Shown here: positions 38,718-47,195 of the stretch, one piece after another
Numbering within the stretch: the first letter of the stretch is position 1
How the letters are laid out: every line of letters begins with the position of its first letter
Sequence record: MW883059
Reading direction: 5' to 3' (one strand)
From: Escherichia phage vB_EcoM_SYGD1
Length of the DNA: 64,000 nucleotides
Notes under the pieces: generated by a model
The model's database searches: none
Told to the model about the DNA's origin: nothing
The model's input: only the letters and a program-made list of their open reading frames with translations
Position numbers and translations under genes: made by a program

Positions 38718-39263
38718 ATGAGAAAAGCACTACTCGCTGGTCTATTGGCCATTTCAATGATGGCACATAGCTCCGAGCATACTTTCAGTAATGTCCAACT
38801 CGATAACATGCGTTACGCGTATCAATTCGGGGAACAATTTTCTAAGGATGGAAAATATAAAACACACAAAAATATCCATAAGAGCGGATTAGGTCATATA
38901 ATGGCTGCTATTTTATGGCAAGAAAGCTCTGCCGGAGTTAATTTAAAATCTAAACCAAAGCATCATGCCTACGGAATGTTCCAAAACTATTTGCCAACTA
39001 TGCGAGCAAGAGTTAAGGAACTTGGTTATAATATGACTGATGCTGAAATAAAAAGAATGTTGAATAAACGGTCCAATTCAGCTTCCTGGGCGTACATTGA
39101 ACTTTCTTATTGGTTAAATATACATAAGGGCGATATAAGAAAGGCGATATCCTCTTATAATTCGGGATGGAATGTTAAAGCAGGTTCTAAATATGCTTCT
39201 GAAGTCCTAGAAAAGGCTAACTACCTTAAAAATAATAAACTTTTGGAAATAGTAAATGACTAA
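38718..39263 (+). CDS. Periplasmic lytic transglycosylase-like protein
   Basis: N-terminal signal peptide; SLT-like motifs WQESSAG (catalytic Glu-Ser), YGMFQ, AISSYNSG. Confidence 0.5.
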   Translation: MRKALLAGLLAISMMAHSSEHTFSNVQLDNMRYAYQFGEQFSKDGKYKTHKNIHKSGLGHIMAAILWQESSAGVNLKSKPKHHAYGMFQNYLPTMRARVKELGYNMTDAEIKRMLNKRSNSASWAYIELSYWLNIHKGDIRKAISSYNSGWNVKAGSKYASEVLEKANYLKNNKLLEIVND

Positions 39264-39597
39264 AATTTTGGTTTTATGTATAGGATTAATTTCATTTTCT
39301 GCGTTAGCAAATACATCATATACTGAAATTAGAGAGTATGTAAACCGTACTGCCGCGGATTATTGCGGGAAAAATAAAGCATGCCAAGCTGAATTTGCGC
39401 AGAAATTAATATATGCATATAAAGACGGAGAAAGAGATAAATCAAGCAGATACAAGAACGATACTTTATTAAAACGATATGCTAAAAAGTGGAATACCTT
39501 AGAATGTTCAGTTGCGGAGGAGAAAGATAAAGCCGCTTGTCATTCAATGGTTGACCGTTTAGTAGATTCTTATAATCGAGGATTGAGTACTAAATGA
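39256..39597 (+). CDS. Small secreted Cys-containing protein, hypothetical
   Basis: Signal peptide MTKILVLCIGLISFSALA; four Cys; overlaps neighbours at both ends. Confidence 0.4.
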   Translation: MTKILVLCIGLISFSALANTSYTEIREYVNRTAADYCGKNKACQAEFAQKLIYAYKDGERDKSSRYKNDTLLKRYAKKWNTLECSVAEEKDKAACHSMVDRLVDSYNRGLSTK

Positions 39598-40061
39598 TTG
39601 TAAAATATATCAAGGGCGATATTGTCGCCCTTTTCACTGAAGGTAAAAATATTGCGCATGGATGCAATTGTTTTCATACGATGAAAGCTGGAGTCGCAGG
39701 TCAATTAACCAAAGCTTTCCCTAAAATTTTGGAAGCTGATAAATTACAGACTGAATGGGGTGATGTAACTAAACTCGGTTCTTACTCAGTCTATGAAAAA
39801 TACTTTAGGACTCATAAAGCGTATTGCTTCAACCTTTATACTCAATTTCAACCAGGGCCAAATTTTGAATATTCCGCTTTAATGAATTGTATGTTAGAAT
39901 TAAATGAGTTTGGTGAAAATAAACTGATTAAACCTACAATCTATATGCCTAGGATTGGTGCAGGCATAGGTAAAGGGAACTGGGATATTATTGAGGGGAT
40001 TTTAGATACATATTCCTCTAAATTAGAAATTGTGATTGTTGATTGGGAACCATTATTATGA
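39594..40061 (+). CDS. Macro-domain protein (putative ADP-ribose binding / hydrolase)
   Basis: Motif layout GDI...NIAHGCNCFHTMKAGVAGQ ... PRIGAGIGKGNWD resembles macro domain Gly-rich phosphate loops; 155 aa. Confidence 0.5.
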   Translation: MIVKYIKGDIVALFTEGKNIAHGCNCFHTMKAGVAGQLTKAFPKILEADKLQTEWGDVTKLGSYSVYEKYFRTHKAYCFNLYTQFQPGPNFEYSALMNCMLELNEFGENKLIKPTIYMPRIGAGIGKGNWDIIEGILDTYSSKLEIVIVDWEPLL

Positions 40062-40270
40062 ATATACATTATCCACATCCATATGACCCAAAGAATAAGG
40101 CAGTAATTATTCGTCAATGGGAACGCATTTGCCGTACTAAATGTCCAATTAATAGTCCACATGATGTAGATAAAGACTACATTGGAACATTCGTTGAATA
40201 TACCTTTATTGATAAGAAAGGTCGTAAACAGCATGTAGAAGAATACTGCTTAAAGGTTACATGGTTATGA
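40058..40270 (+). CDS. Hypothetical protein
   Basis: ORF 40043-40270; ATG at 40058 assumed. Confidence 0.3.
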   Translation: MNIHYPHPYDPKNKAVIIRQWERICRTKCPINSPHDVDKDYIGTFVEYTFIDKKGRKQHVEEYCLKVTWL

Positions 40271-40473
40271 GCCAAACTAGTATTCTTAAAAATGCCCATT
40301 GTGAAAAGTGTAAATGGCCAGTTGTTTTTGCTTTATGCAACGATGAAATGGCTTGTGATTTCGATTATTGGTGCTATTGTTCTAATAAAGGATGCATCAA
40401 TCATAAAGGTGAAGGATTTTATTCGGGATTTTATCCTTATCCAGATTTCGTTAAAGAAGGTAAACCGAAATGA
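40261..40473 (+). CDS. Hypothetical Cys-rich small protein
   Basis: 70 aa with nine Cys (CEKCKW..., C..C..C). Confidence 0.35.
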   Translation: MVMSQTSILKNAHCEKCKWPVVFALCNDEMACDFDYWCYCSNKGCINHKGEGFYSGFYPYPDFVKEGKPK

Positions 40474-40643
40474 ATAGTTCTGAGTTACAATATGAAGTGT
40501 CACGTGAACTTGATAATTTAATTGAACTCGCTGCTAATAAAGGTTTTGCCATTGGAATTGGCCAAAAAGATACTGATCATTTAACTATGGAAATATTTAA
40601 GCAAAAGCGAATTATTTTAAAACTTCTGGAAATTAATATATGA
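40470..40643 (+). CDS. Small helical protein (possible member of the paralog family)
   Basis: 57 aa, ATGA-coupled to neighbours; not in ORF track (under 60 aa). Confidence 0.3.
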   Translation: MNSSELQYEVSRELDNLIELAANKGFAIGIGQKDTDHLTMEIFKQKRIILKLLEINI

Positions 40644-40825
40644 GCCTAAGCAAAGAACAAAAAGACAGACTCTTTTCTCTTATCCACGAAGTTATGGATA
40701 AAAATAGTGAATTGGAAAAAGTTTGTAATGAATGCGGTCCTTTTAGCGCAAACGAGTACGAAGAACTTTCTAAAGAATTCGATAATAAAGAACAAGAACT
40801 CATTGATTATATAAATTCCTTATGA
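40640..40825 (+). CDS. Small helical protein, paralog family member
   Basis: 61 aa; shares M-x-x-x-EQ...L..L pattern with five other ORFs. Confidence 0.4.
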   Translation: MSLSKEQKDRLFSLIHEVMDKNSELEKVCNECGPFSANEYEELSKEFDNKEQELIDYINSL

Positions 40826-41010
40826 TTACTCGCGAACAAAAGAACGAAATATTATTTTTAGTTGGTGAAATTATTAGTTTAGAAAAGGATTTGTCTTTTG
40901 AAATATCTTCTGAATATGGAGATGCCGAAACATATTACGAATTAGTAAAATCTATCGATAAAGCTGAAAATGATTTAAAAACATATTTAGAAAATTTAAC
41001 TAAGGATTAA
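40822..41010 (+). CDS. Small helical protein, paralog family member
   Basis: 62 aa; family pattern. Confidence 0.4.
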   Translation: MITREQKNEILFLVGEIISLEKDLSFEISSEYGDAETYYELVKSIDKAENDLKTYLENLTKD

Positions 41011-41011
41011 A

Positions 41012-41593
41012 ATGGCGAGTTTAATTTTTACTTATGCAGCAATGAATGCTGGAAAATCTGCTTCTCTTTTGACTGCTGCACATAATTATAAAGAACGTGG
41101 AATGAGTGTATTAGTTCTTAAGCCTGCTATTGATACTCGCGATTCTGTCTGCGAAGTCGTTTCTCGCATTGGAATTAAGCAGGAAGCAAATATTATTACA
41201 GATGATATGGATATTTTCGAGTTCTATAAATGGGCTGAAGCACAAAAAGATATTCATTGCGTATTTGTAGATGAAGCCCAGTTTTTAAAAACTGAACAGG
41301 TGCATCAATTGAGCCGAATTGTTGATACATATAATGTTCCTGTTATGGCTTATGGATTAAGGACTGATTTCGCTGGAAAATTGTTTGAAGGTTCTAAAGA
41401 ACTTTTGGCGATTGCAGATAAACTTATTGAACTAAAGGCAGTTTGTCATTGTAGTAAAAAAGCTATTATGACAGCTCGATTAATGGAAGATGGAACACCC
41501 GTTAAAGAAGGTAATCAAATCTGTATTGGTGATGAAATTTATGTTTCTTTGTGTAGAAAACATTGGAATGAATTAACTAAAAAGCTTGGTTAG
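41012..41593 (+). CDS. tk: Thymidine kinase
   Basis: 193 aa; P-loop AAMNAGKSASLL; C-terminal Cys cluster. Confidence 0.9.
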   Translation: MASLIFTYAAMNAGKSASLLTAAHNYKERGMSVLVLKPAIDTRDSVCEVVSRIGIKQEANIITDDMDIFEFYKWAEAQKDIHCVFVDEAQFLKTEQVHQLSRIVDTYNVPVMAYGLRTDFAGKLFEGSKELLAIADKLIELKAVCHCSKKAIMTARLMEDGTPVKEGNQICIGDEIYVSLCRKHWNELTKKLG

Positions 41594-41635
41594 TGCAAAA
41601 GTTATAAATAGGTTTATCTAACTAAAGGGGTATAT

Positions 41636-41848
41636 ATGCTACAATTAACTGAAAAGCAACTTCGCAATCTTACCGTTCTTCAATTAGATGAAATTCGTAG
41701 GGAAGTTGGAAATATCATTTCAGCTTTGCGTCGAGAAGTATCACTCAACCAATCTCCGGCAGACTATACTAGATTGCGAAATTTTGAAAAATACCTTGAT
41801 AAAGTTAAGGCCGTGCATCGGCATAAAGTAAATACAGGGCAAAAATGA
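41636..41848 (+). CDS. Hypothetical protein (rI.1 position)
   Basis: 70 aa; position between tk and rI. Confidence 0.35.
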
Positions 41849-41860
41849 TAGGAGGCCTTT

Positions 41861-42154
41861 ATGGCCTTAAAAGCAACGGCACTATTTGCCATGCTAGGAT
41901 TGTCATTTGTTTTATCTCCATCGATTGAAGCGAATGTCGATCCTCATTTTGATAAATTTATGGAATCTGGTATTAGGCACGTTTATATGCTTTTTGAAAA
42001 TAAAAGCGTAGAATCGTCTGAACAATTCTATAGTTTTATGAGAACGACCTATAAAAATGACCCGTGCTCTTCTGATTTTGAATGTATAGAACGAGGCGCG
42101 GAGATGGCACAATCATACGCTAGAATTATGAACATTAAATTGGAGACTGAATGA
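41861..42154 (+). CDS. rI: Lysis inhibition regulator RI (antiholin)
   Basis: 97 aa as T4 RI; N-terminal signal-anchor hydrophobic segment; adjacent to tk. Confidence 0.6.
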   Translation: MALKATALFAMLGLSFVLSPSIEANVDPHFDKFMESGIRHVYMLFENKSVESSEQFYSFMRTTYKNDPCSSDFECIERGAEMAQSYARIMNIKLETE

Positions 42155-42537
42155 AATTCAGCGACTTTTCACAAAGTGGAAAACCTTCAAAGGCAGATGA
42201 ATACTTAGGTTTATTAATGGCTGCACAAGCTTATTTTCATTCTGCACATTTTGAAACTAAAAGTTATGCTAGACACAAAGCATACGATTTTATTTTCTCC
42301 GAGTTGCCAGATTTGATTGATAAATTTGGTGAGCAATATTTGGGGTATTCTGGTAGAAAATACACACCTTCAATTCCAGATGCTAGTAAACTTCCTACCG
42401 ACACAATTAAAATGATTGATCGCATACTAGACCAATCTAACAGCATTTATAAAGAAATGCCTCCAGCCATTCAAAGCACGATAGATGATATTACTGGGAT
42501 GTTTTACCAGAGTAAATATCTTCTTTCCCTCGAATAA
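42151..42537 (+). CDS. Hypothetical protein (rI.-1 position)
   Basis: 128 aa; followed by terminator 42542-42565. Confidence 0.4.
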   Translation: MKFSDFSQSGKPSKADEYLGLLMAAQAYFHSAHFETKSYARHKAYDFIFSELPDLIDKFGEQYLGYSGRKYTPSIPDASKLPTDTIKMIDRILDQSNSIYKEMPPAIQSTIDDITGMFYQSKYLLSLE

Positions 42538-42574
42538 CATTAGTCTCCTTCGGGAGACTTTTTTCATTTTACTG

Positions 42575-42604
42575 GTTTACTTTCCATTTGAGCTGTGATA
42601 CTAT
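42575..42604 (+). promoter_or_regulatory. T4-type early promoter
   Basis: gtttac ... tgtgatactat. Confidence 0.55.
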
Positions 42605-42633
42605 ACAACCATCGGATAAAGAGGAGAACATCA

Positions 42634-42809
42634 TGAAAATTGAAGCACTTAATCGATATGTCATCATTAATGGTGATTTTTTCGTCGACATGGATGAAGT
42701 CACTAGTGAAGAACTTGTAGAACTTCTTAAGGAACATTATGATATGTGTGATGAAGTTGCAACTCACATGGCGTGTGCAATATTCTCTCTTTCATATGTG
42801 GTGGAATAA
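42634..42809 (+). CDS. Hypothetical small protein
   Basis: ORF 42588-42809; ATG 42634 with SD aagaggag upstream. Confidence 0.4.
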
Positions 42810-43012
42810 TGATTAGTATCGAACAAGCGGATAAAATTAAGGAATTAGTAGCTTTAATTCGTAAAGCAGACGAGGAACTTAGTGACTTTGCTTGGTTTTC
42901 GTCAGGCATTGCAAATAAAGGTATTGAAGAATTTGAAGCTAAAGTTGATAATGCTGTAGAAGCTTTAGATATGTTTCTTGATGAAATTATCGATCATAAT
43001 ACGAGAGTTTAA
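42809..43012 (+). CDS. Small helical protein, paralog family member
   Basis: [16 protein letters not shown]...; TAATG overlap with previous ORF. Confidence 0.4.
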   Translation: MISIEQADKIKELVALIRKADEELSDFAWFSSGIANKGIEEFEAKVDNAVEALDMFLDEIIDHNTRV

Positions 43013-43014
43013 GT

Positions 43015-43209
43015 ATGCTGACACACGAACAGTTTGAAAAAATCATTAAATTAGTACGTGATGTTGAAATAGATTCATATCAATTAGCAGTTGAGCATTG
43101 TGAAGGATATTCATACGACGGTATAGAAGCAGCTAAAAGAGATTTGGATAAATCCAAAGCTAAGTTAGTTCAATATCTTGAAATGATTAGGTGGAATAAT
43201 GAAAACTGA
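43015..43209 (+). CDS. Small helical protein, paralog family member
   Basis: MLTHEQFEKIIKLV... Confidence 0.4.
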   Translation: MLTHEQFEKIIKLVRDVEIDSYQLAVEHCEGYSYDGIEAAKRDLDKSKAKLVQYLEMIRWNNEN

Positions 43210-43372
43210 AAAGCAGATGTTTTTAATGAAGCTAATTGAAGAATACGCTAATGCAGTTTCTGACTATGAGTATTCTTCTCGTGAAAGAGGTACAGCTTTC
43301 GCAAAGGAAGAAATGAAAATTATGGTTGATGCTCACACAAAGCTTCAGAATTTTATTGAAAACGTCATTTAA
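43199..43372 (+). CDS. Small helical protein, paralog family member
   Basis: MKTEKQMFLMKLIEEY...; 57 aa, not in ORF track. Confidence 0.35.
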   Translation: MKTEKQMFLMKLIEEYANAVSDYEYSSRERGTAFAKEEMKIMVDAHTKLQNFIENVI

Positions 43373-43374
43373 CA

Positions 43375-43404
43375 GTTTACAAGTTGGCAAGGTTATGGTA
43401 TAGT
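43375..43404 (+). promoter_or_regulatory. T4-type early promoter
   Basis: gtttac ... tggtatagt. Confidence 0.5.
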
Positions 43405-43536
43405 AATCTTGTCAACTGTCAAGGAGAAGAGAATGAAAATTTTGTTTGTTGTGTATGTGATGATTCAATATAATTACCCAATGTTTACTTATAATCTGGT
43501 GAACAACATTATTGATATTATTCAAAGGAGCATGTA

Positions 43537-43722
43537 ATGACAAGTGAGCAGGCTTTTAAATTAAGAGAATTAATTGAGATGTATAGTAAAGCTGTTCATA
43601 CATCAACAGTTATTGATGAATCAGCTTTCTCCGGATATGCTAACAAGATTAAATACAAAACTCTTATGGAAGAAGCTAAAGTAAATCTTGATTCTTATAT
43701 TGAAACTTTAATTGGTGAATAA
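43537..43722 (+). CDS. Small helical protein, paralog family member
   Basis: MTSEQAFKLRELIEMY... Confidence 0.4.
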   Translation: MTSEQAFKLRELIEMYSKAVHTSTVIDESAFSGYANKIKYKTLMEEAKVNLDSYIETLIGE

Positions 43723-43723
43723 C

Positions 43724-43990
43724 ATGGGCTTTCCTAAATTAGAAGTAGGCGATTTAGTCTTAACAAAATTGTGGAATGATGCTCAATCAGTAGAAATCTG
43801 TCAATATCGTGGAGCAACAGGTAATTTGATGTACACGATTTATAACCCAGAAATTTTGTTAGAGTGTCATTTGGAACGCTTTATAAAAGACACTGATAGT
43901 ATGCCTTATAGTGTATCGATTGTGCGTAAATCTGACACAAAGGAATACTCTAAAATTTTAGAAAAAATTCATGCCAATAAAAAGGATTAA
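43724..43990 (+). CDS. Hypothetical protein
   Basis: ORF 43712-43990; start at MGFPKLEV assumed. Confidence 0.35.
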   Translation: MGFPKLEVGDLVLTKLWNDAQSVEICQYRGATGNLMYTIYNPEILLECHLERFIKDTDSMPYSVSIVRKSDTKEYSKILEKIHANKKD

Positions 43991-43991
43991 T

Positions 43992-44522
43992 ATGAAACGA
44001 TTAGTATTAGAAGTTAGTTCACTTTTTGGTGAATTGGCTATAGAAAAAGTAAATAATATGTATCGTTTGACGCAAGAAGACGATATGCTATATTTTACGC
44101 CTAGCGAAATTATTCATTTAACCCAAATTGAAAAACCTTACACTGATAAAATTGTAAGCATTAATGATGAGCATAAAATTCATTTTTATTCTTTATGCCC
44201 AGGATTTAATATTGAAAGCGAGTCAATATGCTTATCAATTAATAATTGGGATAATTTTATAACTAAAATTAAATATTTTTATTATTCTAACGAAAGAAAA
44301 CATGGTTTAAAATGGTTTAAAAATTGCAATGCTATTATTACTAACGCTTGTAATCAAAATTATGAAACTGTTTTAAATGTATCAAAGTGTTACGAAGAAG
44401 GAGATGTCTTAACTATTCGTCAATCGGTAAATGATGTTAATGTTGTTGTATTAAACAAAGAAGAAGCTGTTTTATTAAAGACTTATCTTGATTCTGTCAT
44501 TCCAACTATGATTTCAAAGTGA
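43992..44522 (+). CDS. Hypothetical protein (paralog of 44529-45050)
   Basis: ORF 43971-44522; C-terminal EEAVLLKTYLDSVIPTMISK resembles SEAEAMIKYLTTVTPSMKG of next ORF. Confidence 0.4.
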   Translation: MKRLVLEVSSLFGELAIEKVNNMYRLTQEDDMLYFTPSEIIHLTQIEKPYTDKIVSINDEHKIHFYSLCPGFNIESESICLSINNWDNFITKIKYFYYSNERKHGLKWFKNCNAIITNACNQNYETVLNVSKCYEEGDVLTIRQSVNDVNVVVLNKEEAVLLKTYLDSVIPTMISK

Positions 44523-44528
44523 GGAAAT

Positions 44529-45050
44529 ATGTTTATTTCGAGTGAAAGTGGTTTAATTCGTGTTGAATTTAAAAATGACATCTTCCTTATTCAAGGAGAT
44601 GATATTATTAAAATGAGTTATGACGAAATCAAGAAAATTTGCCATGCTCTTGAAAGTCATGGAAAAGTGAACGCTGTTATTGATATTGGCGATTTATGGG
44701 TGACACTTTATGAAGTATCCGAAGGATTTAACATTGAAGATGAAAATAACATCTTAGCTATTGATAAAAGAAGTGATTTGTTTGATGTATTAAAAGTTTA
44801 TGAACATTCAAACGGTGGAAGAAAAGCTGTATTGATTTATCAAAAACCGCATTCATGCGGAACTGCTTCAATCATTTCAAATATTGAAGATGAAACTGAT
44901 ACTTATATGTGTGTTTTAAAAGCTGGTGGTGACCGTCATCCGGATTTTATTTCTATTCGTCAAAACAATGGAGAAATTTCATTATCAAAATCAGAAGCTG
45001 AAGCTATGATTAAGTATTTAACAACTGTTACACCTTCAATGAAAGGATAA
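44529..45050 (+). CDS. Hypothetical protein (paralog of 43992-44522)
   Basis: 173 aa; shared C-terminal motif. Confidence 0.4.
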   Translation: MFISSESGLIRVEFKNDIFLIQGDDIIKMSYDEIKKICHALESHGKVNAVIDIGDLWVTLYEVSEGFNIEDENNILAIDKRSDLFDVLKVYEHSNGGRKAVLIYQKPHSCGTASIISNIEDETDTYMCVLKAGGDRHPDFISIRQNNGEISLSKSEAEAMIKYLTTVTPSMKG

Positions 45051-45052
45051 TT

Positions 45053-45514
45053 ATGATTATTAATGAAAGCTCTTGGCACTATAAATTATTCAAAATGTTT
45101 AATGATGAATGGAAACGACCTAAGACACTGTGCGCGTATTTTTGGTCTATTGTTATTCCTACATTTTTCGTTTCTTTTTTCGGATGTACTATACTCGCAG
45201 GTCTAACTATCATCTGCGCAGAAATCATGCAGAAATGGCTTATTTTTGGTAGTTTATGGACTCTTATTCCATCAGCATTTATACTTGCCATTTTGCTTGT
45301 TTTACTTATTATTGGTTCATTTGTTATTCCTGCACAACTGCATGAAAAATATAAAGATTATAAATGGAAAAAGGATTATACTTTACATGTAGAAAATATT
45401 GATAGGGCGTATAAAGGTTTACCTCCTATTAAACCCAAGAAATCTATTATCGTCGAATTTTTAAAAGCTCGTAAAGCTAAAGTATGTCCTGTTATTGAAT
45501 ATAAGGCTGAATGA
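45053..45514 (+). CDS. Hypothetical membrane protein
   Basis: 153 aa with about three transmembrane helices; ATGA-coupled to downstream nucleotidyltransferase. Confidence 0.45.
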   Translation: MIINESSWHYKLFKMFNDEWKRPKTLCAYFWSIVIPTFFVSFFGCTILAGLTIICAEIMQKWLIFGSLWTLIPSAFILAILLVLLIIGSFVIPAQLHEKYKDYKWKKDYTLHVENIDRAYKGLPPIKPKKSIIVEFLKARKAKVCPVIEYKAE

Positions 45515-46524
45515 TGAAAACAGTAATGAAAAGCTATTTTGGTAGTCATCTTTATGGAACTTCTACCCCAGAATCTGATGTAGATTTTAAAGAAATTTTT
45601 GTTCCTCCTGCTCGTGATATTCTTATCGGAAACGTCAAAGAGCACATGAGTAAAAACACCAACAACACATCATCTAAAAACACTAAAGATGATATTGACC
45701 ACGAATTGTATAGTCTTAAGTATTTCTTTAAATTAGCAGCAGATGGTGAAACCGTAGCATTGGATATGCTTCACACTCCACCTGAACTAGTGGTTAAATC
45801 TGATTTGCCTGATGTGTGGAAGTTTATTCAAGACAACCGTTCTCGTTTTTATACGACTAACATGAAATCCTATTTAGGATATGTCCGTAAGCAAGCTTCT
45901 AAATACGGTGTCAAGGGTTCTCGTTTGGCTGCATTACGTGATGTATTGAAAGTAGTTAATCAAATCCCTGAGCAATGGGTTGATTACCAAGAAGACGGTT
46001 CCATTAAGCAGCGTCGTACTAAAGTTGAAGATATTAAGCATCGTCTTCCAAAAAACGAATTCTGTGAATGGGTGTTCCATGATCATGAGAAAACAGGCCC
46101 ACAAACGTTCTATACTGTATTGGGTCGTAAATATCAGACAACGCTTTCTCTTATTGAGCTTAAGCAGTCACTGAACAAATTAAATGCTGAATATGGTGAA
46201 CGCGCTCGTAAGGCCGAAGCCAATGAAGGCATCGACTGGAAAGCTCTGAGCCATGCTTGTCGTGGTGGACTTCAACTATTGGAAATTTACAAAACTGGTG
46301 ACTTGGTTTATCCACTTCAAGACGCTCCATTTATTCTCGACGTGAAGTTGGGTAAACATCCATTTAAAACAGTTCAAGAGTTTTTGGAAGATGTGGTCGA
46401 TCAAGTAGAAGCAGCATCTACTGAAGCTTCTAAGAACGGTATGCAGCAAAAAGTAGACATGAGTTTCTGGGATGACTTCCTTGAGAAGGTGTATCTCGAA
46501 AACCATCGAAGTTATTATAAATGA
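45511..46524 (+). CDS. Pol-beta superfamily nucleotidyltransferase-like protein
   Basis: N-terminal GSHLYGTSTPESDVDF fits the G[GS]x9-13 D-x-D nucleotidyltransferase signature; 337 aa. Confidence 0.5.
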   Translation: MMKTVMKSYFGSHLYGTSTPESDVDFKEIFVPPARDILIGNVKEHMSKNTNNTSSKNTKDDIDHELYSLKYFFKLAADGETVALDMLHTPPELVVKSDLPDVWKFIQDNRSRFYTTNMKSYLGYVRKQASKYGVKGSRLAALRDVLKVVNQIPEQWVDYQEDGSIKQRRTKVEDIKHRLPKNEFCEWVFHDHEKTGPQTFYTVLGRKYQTTLSLIELKQSLNKLNAEYGERARKAEANEGIDWKALSHACRGGLQLLEIYKTGDLVYPLQDAPFILDVKLGKHPFKTVQEFLEDVVDQVEAASTEASKNGMQQKVDMSFWDDFLEKVYLENHRSYYK

Positions 46525-46526
46525 TA

Positions 46527-46551
46527 GGGAGCCTTCGGGCTCCTTTTTTTT
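46527..46551 (+). terminator. Rho-independent terminator (part of stem-loop plus early promoter cassette)
   Basis: ggagccttcgggctcc + tttttttt. Confidence 0.7.
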
Positions 46552-46575
46552 ATTTCAAAAATTTTTCACAAAGTT

Positions 46576-46605
46576 GTTTACTTCTATCATAAAGCATATT
46601 ATAAT
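46576..46605 (+). promoter_or_regulatory. T4-type early promoter
   Basis: tttcacaaagttGTTTAC, 18 nt, TATAAT. Confidence 0.65.
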
Positions 46606-46637
46606 ATATTTGTAGTTAATTAATCGTTCTTTAAAAA

Positions 46638-47138
46638 ATGAAGAGAAACACAATGCATATTTTAATGAAATGCCTTGGCAACAAAATTAATGATTTTAAT
46701 CATAAGCGTGTTAATGATTACATTAAAGACACACTTGAGATTAAAGACGTACTTTTTAGAGGACTTACAATAGAGGAAGTACTATCTCATAAGTTTGAAG
46801 TTAATAGGAGAATCAAATTTAAAAGAATAACTTCCTTTAGTAGTGAATCTCATATAGCTGAAACATTTGCAGCAGAACGCTATATGACTAATGTTTTAAT
46901 AGTGTTAAAAAATGCAAACGTTTTTGACTATTCAACTGCTATGATTGAAATTTTAGAAAATTTAATCGCAATTGAAGAATCTGGCCAGATTGATGATGAT
47001 AAGCTTAATAAGCTTTATGATAATCTTTCTATGGTGGATTATGAAAGAGAGTTTTTATTGCCAATTAATTCGGAGTTAACAGTTAAAAACATATATTTTG
47101 ATAGCAAAAAGAGCATGCATATAATAGAAATGGAATAA
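46638..47138 (+). CDS. Putative mono-ADP-ribosyltransferase (R-S-E type), small
   Basis: VLFRGL (aromatic-Arg motif), TSFSSES (S-x-S), YEREFLLP (E-x-E followed by LLP) in the order expected for C3/Alt/Mod-type enzymes. Confidence 0.4.
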   Translation: MKRNTMHILMKCLGNKINDFNHKRVNDYIKDTLEIKDVLFRGLTIEEVLSHKFEVNRRIKFKRITSFSSESHIAETFAAERYMTNVLIVLKNANVFDYSTAMIEILENLIAIEESGQIDDDKLNKLYDNLSMVDYEREFLLPINSELTVKNIYFDSKKSMHIIEME

Positions 47139-47147
47139 AAGCATAAA

Positions 47148-47171
47148 GGGGCCCTAGAGGTCCCCTTTTTT
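47148..47171 (+). terminator. Rho-independent terminator (part of stem-loop plus early promoter cassette)
   Basis: ggggccctagaggtcccc + tttttt. Confidence 0.65.
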
Positions 47172-47195
47172 ATTTCAAAAATTTTTCACAAAGTG

